Assembly: GCA_965217865.1 (NCBI GenBank) | Contig: CBDCJO010000002.1 | Span: forward strand, 1,760,001-1,824,000 | Length of the DNA stretch: 64,000 nucleotides | From: Candidatus Latescibacterota bacterium | Lineage (GTDB): Bacteria; Latescibacterota; UBA2968; SICM01 | Direction of reading: 5' to 3' | Notes under the pieces: model-generated | What the model was told of the DNA's origin: nothing | Database searches by the model: none | The model's input: the letters and a program-made list of their open reading frames with translations, nothing else | In this document: positions 24,901 through 34,535 of the stretch, in pieces | Position numbering within the stretch: position 1 is the first letter of the stretch | Layout of the letters: the number at the start of each line of letters is the position of its first letter | Made by a program: the position numbers and the translations under genes

Positions 24901-26166
24901 TTACCCCGGTTTAGCGGACGGTTTATCAGTTGCGATTCATTCGGCTTCATGGGCAACAGCGCTGGAGGTCTGCTCAAAGTTCATGGGAGAGAGATATCCG
25001 AGTGCTGAGTGTCGCCGATGGGAGTTGTACCAGCCCTCGATGTATTGAAATACGGACATCCGGGCTTCGGCCTGTGTGCGGTAGTTTCGGCGATCCAGGC
25101 GTTCGCATTCGAGCGTGGCGAAGAAGCTCTCGCATAACGCGTTGTCGTAGCAGTCACCGGTGGAGCCCATAGAGGGCCGGACACCGGCCTTGCGGCACCG
25201 TAGACCGAAGGCAATGGAGGTGTACTGACATCCCTGGTCGGAGTGATGGATGACGGCTTCCGGCTGTCGTTGCCAGAGCGCCATATTCAACGCCTCGAGC
25301 ACCAGCTCGGCGCGCAGATGGGTCGCCATCGCCCAGCCAACGACGCGGCGGCTCCAGGCGTCCACAACGACCGCGAGATACAGGAAGCCGGCCCACGTAC
25401 TGATGTAAGTGATGTCGGCTACCCAGAGCTGGTCTGGCCCGTTAGCCGTGAAATCTCGATTGACCAGGTCAGCAGCGACGCGCCCATCGCGATCACGGTA
25501 GGTGGTTCGATGCCGTTTGCGACGACTTACGCCCTCCAGGCCTGCAAGCACGCATCAACCGCGCAACGCGCTTGCGACCGATCCGCTCCCCCTCGGCTAC
25601 AAGCTCCTCGTATATGCGCGGGACACCACAGGTGCCATCAGAACACTTGTGAATCTTCACGATCCGTTCCGTCAGAGCCACATCGGCCTGCGCTCGTGCC
25701 GACAGCGGCCGCTTGAGCCACGCGTAGTACCCACTGGTGGAGACTTCCAGGACCCGGCACATCGTGGCTACTTTATAGAAGGCCTGATTGGCTTTCACGA
25801 ACTCGTAGACTCCCCTGGCACCGAGTTGGTCTCCCGAGCGAACCAGGCCGCGGCTTTTGCAAGGATCTCCCGCTCCTGTCGCAACTGCCTATTCTCGCGG
25901 CGCAGTCGTCTGATCTCCTCCCGCTCCTCGGTGATCAGACCGTCACTGCGGAGGCCCTCATCCAGATCGGCCTGCCGCATCCAGATCCGGATCGCCTGGG
26001 CCGACGGCTCGAACTCACGGGACAACTCATGGGGCGTGCGACCCGCTCGCACCAGTTCTACAATCTGCCGCTTGAACTCCGGTGGATACGGCGAATGTGA
26101 CCTCGGCATCGTAGCATCCTCCTTTCTGCCAAGTAATAAGGTATCCACGAAACCGGGTCAAGTCCA
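24901..26166 (-). mobile_element. IS3-family element (OrfA 25795-26109, OrfB 24937-25798 with a frameshift)
   Basis: MPRSHSPYPPEFKRQIVEL..EILAKAAAWFA; LWVADITY; IR TGGACTTGACCCGGTTTCGTGGA; the other IR lacks its first 5 bp. Confidence 0.92.
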
Positions 26167-28496
26167 TCCTCCAATGTCTCGATTCTGCGTACAATTCCCT
26201 GATTGCGGCCTGGGCCTCCGGGCTTTCCGTCAATAACAGTTCCCGGCTCCAGCTCTACGGTAGGGTCGGTTCCAGTCTGTGCCTCCGCCTCTGAACCCTT
26301 CTGGGGGGGAGGTTTTCCCAAGAAATCTGGCGCGTCGAGGCGGTCAAAACACTCATATTCCAAACGCCTGCGCTGCCACAACCTCCTTCCCGTTTTGATG
26401 TTACCCGTTGCGACAATGACTTTCAGATCCTCCACCGTGTAGTAGCCCACGTCCTCAAGGCTATCAACGAGGCCAGCCCGCTGCAGGAACTTCTGCATCT
26501 CACGGAAGAGCAGCGATATTCTCCTTCCGGCTACCGTCGTCCAGGCTCGGTTGTTGAGAGCAGGACCCCAGAAGAGGGCCCAGTCATGGAGTCGCTCAAA
26601 GCGTTCCAGTTCCTCGGGCTGCTCGGCAAGTGTTTTACCCACCTCGGCTGCGACTGCCTCCCGTCGTCTTGTTGCCTCCTCGTTCGCCTCCACGATTCGT
26701 TGACCGCCCTTCAAAGCGCTTCTGATGAGCCTCAGAAAGAGCACCGTTTCCCACCCCTCATCGTAAGGGTCGATCTCGATGAACTGGCTTGGTTTCCACA
26801 ATCCGCGTCGTACGCAATGCTCATCGAGACCTGTGATGAACGATGATGGTGCGTCTCCTGCCCTGAGTGCCCTGATCCAACCGGACAAACTCAAGCCATC
26901 AAATCGCTCCCGCTCTGGCTCCAAGAGCTGGGCCATATTCTCAGCGTCCGTTACCAATACCTGGGGAAAGTAGGGTTCCAATGCAGCGTGATGACCCAGC
27001 ATCAGGTCGTTGACATCGACGTCCGGGAGATGCGTATCTACAAACTCTCGTAGCAGATTAAGGCACGTACCGAACATCCCTTGCGAAGGCCCTCCCGTGA
27101 TGGCGTACATCTCCCACATCTCTTCGCGTGCCCATAGTAGAGCGTCGATTGCATCGGCCAGTGTGTTCACTCCGGCCGCCAGTTGGATGGCTCTTTTCTC
27201 GGAGGCAGGGAACCTCGCGTAAATATCGTGGAGGTAGTCGGCTCTCATCTGCGGCTCGTACTCGATGAGATATTGCTCCCGCTGCGTTGCTGATACTCTC
27301 GGCCAGCGTTCGTCTTGGATGACGTAGCGATGCCCGTGGAAGTCCATTTCGGCTCCGGACCTCCGGTGCGTAGGCAGCTCAATCGTACCCAGTTGAAGGT
27401 AGCGGTTGAATTTTTCAGCTATCAGCGTGTCTCGGTAGAGGGGCGGCATCACCTTGCCTTTAATGGCGGAGAAAGGGAAATGCCAATGTGGGGCGGGGAG
27501 CCAGGTTCGGTCCGCCAGATGGGGCGGTAGGTGATGCGGAAAGAATGACGGCACGGCCGTGACCGGCCGCACTTGCACGATGTGGATGTCATCTCCCTCG
27601 ACAACCCATTCGATGTCAACTCGGGCACCGAAAGCACGATCAATTTGCAGGCCGACTTGCGCGATCCGTATCGCTATGCCGTCTCTAAGCGAGGGCTCCG
27701 CACGCCCTTCTGAAGGCACTTCGACGTTGTCAAGGCCTCCACTACCTGAAGGAACCAGAATTGTCTCTTTCTCGGCGATTTTTCGATCCACGATCTCACC
27801 CGTATCCCATTCGAACAGGTAACGATCCGCAGGCGATACGCCGGTTGAAGCGAACAGATCGCGAGCCAGACCTAACGATGATTCTAGCACGAATTGCCAA
27901 GGGTTACCTGTGAGAGGGTCCACAGTGAATAGGACGCCCGCACTATCCGCATTCACAAGCGTTTGCAGCAATACGGCCATCCCATCCACATCAATTGTGA
28001 CACCCATTTTGTGTGCGTAATCCACGGCCCGCGGCGACCAGCATCCACACCAGCAGCGTCGGATCGCTCTCCAGAGATCCTCCTCAGACCGAACCCCGAG
28101 AAAACTGTCGTACACGCCAGCAAAGCTCGCCGTTGCTGAATCCTCATGCACACCTGACGAGCGGACGGCCAAGCCGTAGGAAGCCTTGGCGAGTAGGTCT
28201 TCAGAGACCGCCGATACTGCATTCTCCACACTGGACGGGATGGGTGAGGTAAGCACTTGCTCGCATAGCGTCTTGTAGGCGCCAGTTCGCTGCTCACCTT
28301 CGCCGCCGTGGGTATCGATCACGCGTTGCGCGGTCTTGAGTAGGCCGCTTTCCTCAAGAAACAGACGCAAGGCTGTTCTTGTGATGATTGCCCCGGGGGG
28401 GACGGAGAGTCCTAGGTCTATGATTCTGCCAAGATTGGCAGATTTCGCCCCGGCGAGATCGGGGTCGACTTCCTTTTGAAGCTCAACCACAAGCAT
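26167..28496 (-). pseudogene. PEP/pyruvate-binding (PPDK_N) protein with rifamycin-phosphotransferase-like architecture, C-terminal swivel domain cut by IS3
   Basis: GAKSANLG, LAVRSSGVHEDSATASFAGVYDSFL, AGVLFTVDP, DIEW..IVQVRPVT; long helical middle; ends at IDGKPGGPGRNQGIVRRI at the IS boundary. Confidence 0.88.
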
Positions 28497-28551
28497 GCGA
28501 AGCCTCTATATCCTGGACAGCCGCCCTTGCCAATCCTAGGCGCGTGCTTTC

Positions 28552-28653
28552 TGCTAACGGTCGGCATCTGTGAACCCGCCCGGCTTTTTGGGCGGGTTGG
28601 GCGAAGCCCCAAGCGGAACGAAGTGGAGCGCAGCACAGATGCTCGTGTTAGGC
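28552..28653 (-). other. attC-like recombination site
   Basis: Minus strand GCCTAAC-ACGAG-CATCTGTG ... CACAGATG-CCGACC-GTTAGCA, between the GNAT gene and the PEP-utilising gene. Confidence 0.6.
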
Positions 28654-28737
28654 ATTGCTGGCGCGGCTACACTCAGGCGAAGCTTTCTCAGGGCCTACAT
28701 AAAGCGCACGCCATCACTGGTTTTTCTGCTTTCTTTT

Positions 28738-29328
28738 CTAACGAGTGCTCAGGAAAAATTGCAAGATCATGTCTATTCCATATTCTTCGATGTGCTGTGT
28801 CGATTCTTCATAGTGACCATTCGTATATTCTGAAATAATTTTACGCCAGAAGGCCTGGGCTGGTTTATGGCCCAACATTTGACGCACTTCCCATTTGCCA
28901 GAGAAGCGGTCGAAAAGATTGTAGGCCACCGTTTTCCCAACCCCTTTTCCTCGATATTTTCGAACGACGAAAAACTCTCCAACATCATAATCGACGTTGT
29001 GATCTTCATCGAATTGTTTGATCATCGCGAACCCCGCTACCTTACCATCTACTCGGATCATGAATGGATGACCCTGACAATTTCCCGGCCACCGCTTGAA
29101 GTGCAAATTGAATGGAATGATGATATTCTGTCGATTGCTAATCTCTTCCAATTTATCGGGCGTGCTTCCTGTCCACCAATATTCTGGAAGATCATCACAG
29201 CCTCCGAACAAGCCACTTTCAGGGCACTCCCAACCCATGATTTCAGACATGTCGTAGACATAGAAGTGGACGAGATTTTGCACGACAGGAAAATCATCTT
29301 CAGTTGCCTGTATCATTTCAATCTTCAT
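28738..29328 (-). CDS. GNAT N-acetyltransferase
   Basis: VGEFFVVRKYRGKGVG acetyl-CoA motif; AQAFWRKII. Confidence 0.9.
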   Translation of the reverse strand: MKIEMIQATEDDFPVVQNLVHFYVYDMSEIMGWECPESGLFGGCDDLPEYWWTGSTPDKLEEISNRQNIIIPFNLHFKRWPGNCQGHPFMIRVDGKVAGFAMIKQFDEDHNVDYDVGEFFVVRKYRGKGVGKTVAYNLFDRFSGKWEVRQMLGHKPAQAFWRKIISEYTNGHYEESTQHIEEYGIDMILQFFLSTR

Positions 29329-29632
29329 GATCGGTTTTGTCTTCGCCCCAAGTGAAAAATTCGGAAGTTGGGTTCGGTTTTCGTGCGCGATTTTGGTTTT
29401 CGGGGTTGTGGGTTCGCCTTTGCGCCAGTTTTGCTTAACTTACGGAATCCCCGAACCATTACGCAGATTCCACCATTGCGGCACATCTCCCGCACTTCGC
29501 AGATACCTACCCACGAAGAAGTAACCCGTATATGTTCGTAGATTCCTTGCTATAGGAGAAATCATTTTTTGGATGAACTCACCTTTGAGGGTCACATCAA
29601 GCTATCCAGGGGACTCTGAATCTTTGTCAAAT

Positions 29633-29685
29633 AAAAAAGACGCATACCTACCCCTTTCGGTATGCCCCGATAGGGTAAGCAGGCG
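29633..29685 (-). terminator. Intrinsic terminator at the end of a structured leader
   Basis: Minus GCGCCTGCTTACCCTATCGG-GGCATA-CCGAAAGGGGTAGGTATGCGT followed by C and T6. Confidence 0.7.
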
Positions 29686-29924
29686 CCTGGGTAGACTGGT
29701 GAAGCGTTCTGCTGTTGTAGCTTATTGTTTTTTCTCAGGCCAGTCGATAAAAAATATATCTATTTCGTCATAATATCACAAGAAATAAATCTCACGGATG
29801 CCACGTTAGAATGTGACTAAGAGTTCTATTCACGGCTTATGGATTCGAGGGTTTAACATGGCTTCCTTGAGTGACGCATTGTCGGATTACCGATCTGACA
29901 GCAGGGCCAGGAGGGGACATGGGC

Positions 29925-31322
29925 TCATTCCGAAATACCGCATGCAACGTCCGTTAGACTATCGTAGTAGTGCACAAAAGTCATTCCGTCGATCACAATT
30001 CGATCGTTGAACGGTAGGTCCTCTGCCCACGTGAGTTCGGTGCCCCAGTTGTGCGGTGGGCGGTCTGATTTTGCCCACCTGTTCCCATTGTAGCGACGAA
30101 ACAACACAGTCCGACCAGCTTCGGTGACATATGCCTCGACCAAGACGTCACGTTCGGTGGTCTCCTTCTCAATGTTGAGTAGTCGGAAACAATCGAACCT
30201 TTTCTGGCCAATCGTCACCGCGAACCGGCCAGCTCCAAACAGATCTGGCACATTGTCGGCTCTTTCGAACGCTCCGCTCCCGAGCTCCCTCACATATCCG
30301 CGATCTTCGATACGGCGTGGTGCGCTGTCCCAGTCGTCGTTGAATCCCTCGTCAAGAAAGGTGGTGAGTTCGCGTGTCCCGTCGGCACGGATGGATTCTA
30401 CTGCGAGCCATTCGACCACGTCATCTGTGAGCCGACCCCACATTCTGGTTAGACAAGTCTTGTCCTTATTCGGGTTTCTGTCGTACGGGACGTCCGCATT
30501 GAGGAAACGCTGCTCGACTTCGATCTCCACCCCCTCCTGACCGTGAATGACGGCCTTGCGCCGGGCGCTCATCTCGACGGTCCCAGAAAGCTTCCACGGA
30601 GGCTGGCCACTCCCCGGAGGTTCGTATGACGCCCATCTCACCTCGTCGCCTACCTCGGGCAGGACGAACCACCAAGACATCTCTCGAAAATCCAGGTCAA
30701 AGGGATCCTCTCCAATCCGTTGGAACTTGACCTCGGGCATTTGCTCCGGAAACGGTTTTCTCGCATCCATGATAGCACTCCTTCGTTTTCTCTTGATGCC
30801 CAATACGGCTCTCACTCGGTCCCGACCGTGGGATAGGCGGCGCTTCACGGTGCCGGTGGGACACTGATGTCGCGCTGCGATTTCAGCGATGGTCAACCCG
30901 TCGAGGTAGAACGATTTCAGCGCCTTCCTCTCATGCTTTGAGACTTCCTCAAAAGCGTCTACCACCTCTTCAGCGGCCTCCCGCAGGTGCGTAGATGCCA
31001 ACCCGAACCTGTTGACCATGGGTTCGAGCAGCCTTGTTTCCACGAGGACCTCTCGCCGCTGCTTCGAACGGAGGTAGTCCCGACAACGGTTGCGGGCCAC
31101 TTGCAGAATCCAGGGACGGATTTTTCTCGGCGTTTCTCCGTGACGCAACCCGGTCCAGACATGCAGCAGCGTGACCTGCAACACGTCCTGAACGTACTCG
31201 CCAGACCCGATTCGGCCGTGAATCAATGCTGCCAGCGAGCGCTCGTGGCGTCTGATCAAGGCCAGGAAAGCTTCTTCGTCTCCGTCCCGTATTCGGCGGG
31301 CCAAAACTTCATCGGAATCCAA
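29925..31322 (-). CDS. ECF sigma factor with ~280-aa C-terminal extension, paralogue 1
   Basis: sigma2 (DVLQ..W..ARNRCRDYLR) and sigma4 (GLTIAEIAARHQCPTGTVKRRLSHGR), followed by an unassigned domain. Confidence 0.92.
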   Translation of the reverse strand: MDSDEVLARRIRDGDEEAFLALIRRHERSLAALIHGRIGSGEYVQDVLQVTLLHVWTGLRHGETPRKIRPWILQVARNRCRDYLRSKQRREVLVETRLLEPMVNRFGLASTHLREAAEEVVDAFEEVSKHERKALKSFYLDGLTIAEIAARHQCPTGTVKRRLSHGRDRVRAVLGIKRKRRSAIMDARKPFPEQMPEVKFQRIGEDPFDLDFREMSWWFVLPEVGDEVRWASYEPPGSGQPPWKLSGTVEMSARRKAVIHGQEGVEIEVEQRFLNADVPYDRNPNKDKTCLTRMWGRLTDDVVEWLAVESIRADGTRELTTFLDEGFNDDWDSAPRRIEDRGYVRELGSGAFERADNVPDLFGAGRFAVTIGQKRFDCFRLLNIEKETTERDVLVEAYVTEAGRTVLFRRYNGNRWAKSDRPPHNWGTELTWAEDLPFNDRIVIDGMTFVHYYDSLTDVACGISE

Positions 31323-31347
31323 CTCTACGCCCCCCCTCTACCAATAC

Positions 31348-31375
31348 AAGGCGGAGAATGAAACCAAAAGGTTCA
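31348..31375 (-). promoter_or_regulatory. Putative autoregulatory ECF promoter TGAACC-N16-CGCCTT
   Basis: Same boxes and spacing upstream of both ECF paralogues. Confidence 0.75.
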
Positions 31376-31574
31376 CAACGCCCGAATGAATGGCGGCATC
31401 TTTTTAAAGTAAAAGATCACACGGCAGAGGCCAAAACCTATCTTGAAATACAAGGTATGGGCAATTTGGTGAGGAATCAATGCCGTCGGATTGTTCGGAC
31501 CATCTGGTTCGCAATCGCGATCACTTCCTTTTCCTACAGACTTCTCTGCTGCCTGTCGAAGGACCGAATACCCA

Positions 31575-32129
31575 TTATTCCTTCTCGGCTAAAAACTGCG
31601 CTCTGTCTATGGTGTACACATTCCTGTCTGTTTCGGGATAGTACCCCTCAAAAATCATACCGGCCTTTTCCATAATTCGAATAGACGCCTTGTTTTCGGG
31701 CATGGCACAGGCATGGATAGATTTTACTTCCAGCTTTTCGAAACCGAAATCAAGCGCGCCTTGTACAAACTCGCTCCCAATGCCCTTGCCCCAATACGCC
31801 TTGGCAAGCTGATATCCCAATTCCAAGGACTCGGGCTCTTCCTTGTCGTAGCGCCCCAACCCACCATAGCCGATAATCTCCATCTTCTCCTTGAAAACCA
31901 CCGTGCCGTGGGCTGCGCCGAACTTGCGAAAATGGTTGATATCCCCGCGTAGCCTTGCACTTACCCCATCGACGGGAATGGGCTTCCCGTCCCCCACGAA
32001 TCGCATCACCTCCGGGACGCACATAACAGCGCAAAGCGCGTCTAAGTCCTCCCTCTTGGCAATGCGGTGGACAAGACGTTCGCTTTCAAACAGCAAGGTG
32101 CCTTCCAAACTCAGATCATCAAGCGGCAT
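31575..32129 (-). CDS. GNAT N-acetyltransferase (RimJ/RimL type)
   Basis: FESERL, ELGYQLAKAYWGKGIGSE, ENKASIRIMEKAGM. Confidence 0.92.
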   Translation of the reverse strand: MPLDDLSLEGTLLFESERLVHRIAKREDLDALCAVMCVPEVMRFVGDGKPIPVDGVSARLRGDINHFRKFGAAHGTVVFKEKMEIIGYGGLGRYDKEEPESLELGYQLAKAYWGKGIGSEFVQGALDFGFEKLEVKSIHACAMPENKASIRIMEKAGMIFEGYYPETDRNVYTIDRAQFLAEKE

Positions 32130-32214
32130 TTAGATTTCTCCTGGCATAAACATTAGGCCGGTGAACTCACGTTGGCGTACCTTTCGCCAAGAAATTTCTC
32201 GGGACAGGTCAAAA

Positions 32215-32385
32215 CAAAAAAGACCACGACACCCTATTCATGCCGTGGCCCATCCAACAAAAAAACGCCATCCTTGTGCGGATAGCGCAAATCGTTGTTG
32301 CAATTTTTATCTATTTATGCCATACGGATGCCACTCCCTCGCACCAAGGGGATGAGCCATATTTTACACATAGTGGAACCTCCTT
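32215..32385 (-). promoter_or_regulatory. Leader-peptide attenuator upstream of the GNAT gene
   Basis: AAAGGAGG RBS, 18-aa uORF, terminator CGCTATCC-GCACAA-GGATGGCG-T7, uORF segment complementary to that terminator, second terminator downstream. Confidence 0.7.
32315..32371 (-). CDS. Putative leader peptide MCKIWLIPLVRGSGIRMA
   Basis: Strong RBS AAAGGAGG 7 nt before the ATG; TAA stop. Confidence 0.6.
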   Translation of the reverse strand: MCKIWLIPLVRGSGIRMA

Positions 32386-32669
32386 TCCAGAAGGCTGCTC
32401 ACAGAATCTTTATATTGCTCTATACATCATTTAACTTACATCAAACTCAATCTCAAGTCAAACACAATAATCCTTCAATTTCTCGATACGATAGTGGAGA
32501 AACCAATGTAGTCAACATCATTTTGTCCCGTAGATGCTTTCCCTCGCAGTCCCTCTTTTGTATGAGCATGGTAAGCCGTCGGATTATTCGGGACAATTCA
32601 ATCGCCCGCTCCCCCGCACGGTGCAAGCCGATCTCTCAGGACCTGATTCCGCAGGCCAGATCGGTCAAG

Positions 32670-34058
32670 CTATCGTAAGTAGTGCACGTAGGTCACTCCA
32701 TCGATCACTAAACGGTCGGTGTGCGGCAGGTCTTCTTCCCATGTCATTCGACCGCCCCAGGCATGGGGCGGCTTGTCCCGCTTGCCCCAGCGGTTGCCGT
32801 TGTACCGCCGAAACAGTACGGTGCGACCCTCGCGGGTGATGTACCCCAGAACTATCACCTCCCGCTCGGATGATTTTTTCTCGATATTGAAAACGCGCAG
32901 ACATTCGAACTCCTGTTCACCGATCTTCACGGCAAACATCCCCGAACTAAACACGTCCGGCGCGTCGGCTTCTCTTTTATAGGTACCGTCCGCCAGTTTG
33001 GTCATATAGCTTTTATCTTCCACAACTCGGGCACTACTTCCGAAGTCCCAGCCGAAATCCTCGTCGAGAAACGTATAAAGCTCCCGAGTCCCATCTGACT
33101 TCATCCGCTCGACGCCAAGCCACTCCACCTTCGTGTCGGTCAATCGACCCCAGACCTTGGTATCGCGATCCCTGTCTTCGGGTTCGCAATTGTAGGGAAT
33201 GAGGCCGTCTCGATTCAGCTCTCGTTGCTCTATTTCAATCTCTACTCCCTCTGTACCGTGAATGATAGCCCGACGACGGGCGATCATTTCGTTCGTTCTG
33301 GATAACCTCCAGGGGGAGCAGCCATCCATAGGCGGTTCGTAGTAGGCCCATCGCACCTCATCATCTATTTCCGGTACTATAAACCACCAGGTCAACTCTC
33401 GCAAATCGAGGGCAATAGGCTTCTTTGACAACCTGGTGATGGAGATCTCAGGCCGATGCTTGGGAAACGGCCCCTTCCTGGTTTTCCGGCTTTGAGTACT
33501 CACACTAATGCTCCTTTCCGTCACAGTAACGCCCAGCTCGCTCCGGACCATGTCCCTGCCATAGGACAGACGCCGTTTGACGGTTCCCGGAGGACAACGA
33601 TGGCGGGCGGCGATTTCGGCTATACTCAATCCTTCCAGGTAGAACGATTTCAGCGCTTCGCTTTCTCTTTCGGGCACAAGTTCGAAGGCGGATACGACGT
33701 CCTGCACTGCCCGGCGTTGACGCGCCTCAGCAACGCCAAAACGATTAACCATCATCGCGAGAGTTTCCGTCTCGACGAAGCGCTCCCGACGTTGAGTAGA
33801 GCGCAGGTAGTCGCTGCAGCGGTTGCGGGCTATCTGGTATAGCCACGCACGTACATTATTGGGCCCCCGAACGCGCAGACCGGACCATGCGTGCACGAGC
33901 GTCTCCTGCAATACGTCCTCTCCTGCGTCGTGCGAGCCCAACCGGTCGCGGATCAAGGCGGCCAGCGATCGCTCGTAGCGCCGGATCAGAGCGACGAAGG
34001 CCTGTTCGTCGCCGGCCCGGGTTCGCTGGGCCAGGATCTGGTCATTGAGGAATTTCAT
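32670..34058 (-). CDS. ECF sigma factor with C-terminal extension, paralogue 2 (1-nt insertion near the 3' end)
   Basis: Collinear with paralogue 1; removing one T near 32680 restores VHYYDSLTDLACGIRS, matching the VHYYDSLTDVACGISE end of paralogue 1. Confidence 0.92.
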   Translation of the reverse strand: MKFLNDQILAQRTRAGDEQAFVALIRRYERSLAALIRDRLGSHDAGEDVLQETLVHAWSGLRVRGPNNVRAWLYQIARNRCSDYLRSTQRRERFVETETLAMMVNRFGVAEARQRRAVQDVVSAFELVPERESEALKSFYLEGLSIAEIAARHRCPPGTVKRRLSYGRDMVRSELGVTVTERSISVSTQSRKTRKGPFPKHRPEISITRLSKKPIALDLRELTWWFIVPEIDDEVRWAYYEPPMDGCSPWRLSRTNEMIARRRAIIHGTEGVEIEIEQRELNRDGLIPYNCEPEDRDRDTKVWGRLTDTKVEWLGVERMKSDGTRELYTFLDEDFGWDFGSSARVVEDKSYMTKLADGTYKREADAPDVFSSGMFAVKIGEQEFECLRVFNIEKKSSEREVIVLGYITREGRTVLFRRYNGNRWGKRDKPPHAWGGRMTWEEDLPHTDRLVIDGVTYVHYLR

Positions 34059-34083
34059 GGGATCAAGCTCAATTCACCCAAAC

Positions 34084-34111
34084 AAGGCGGAGTTCGGAGG
34101 GAAAAGGTTCA
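34084..34111 (-). promoter_or_regulatory. Putative autoregulatory ECF promoter TGAACC-N16-CGCCTT
   Basis: Same motif as 31348-31375. Confidence 0.75.
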
Positions 34112-34379
34112 ATTATGAGAGGAATTCTCGAATGGCGTGCCTCAACCTCGTCCTCATATCGACCTGGTTGTAGAGTTTCACTCCTTCCGCGTTCAACCAC
34201 CTCGTTAATTCCTCTTGACTCCGATTACCTACTCTCCGTATATTTTTTTAAGGAACACGAAGCAGCCCTCCCCCACGCTATGCCTCCCCCCTGTGTCAGA
34301 ATTGTAAGAGCCAAAACGTGTTCGACCTCAGGGTCCTAAGACCTGGCCGGGTTAACAATTGAAAACAGACGGGTACTCC

Positions 34380-34535
34380 AGCGGTGGCCTTGTGATTCCC
34401 TCCCGACTTGCACAGGCCAGCCGCGGTCGGGGTGGAGCTCCCTTGATGGCCCCTGTCTTTCGGGCCGCTAACTTAAGTCCCAAACCTCTCTGCCGACGTT
34501 GATTTTAGCTTACCGCCGGGAAGTTTGAACCTGTG
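34380..34535 (+). ncRNA. Candidate structured RNA resembling an IS110-family non-coding end
   Basis: Hairpins GCGGTGGCC..GGCCAGCCGC and GGCCC..GGGCC with loops; no convincing ORF; resemblance from memory only. Confidence 0.35.
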
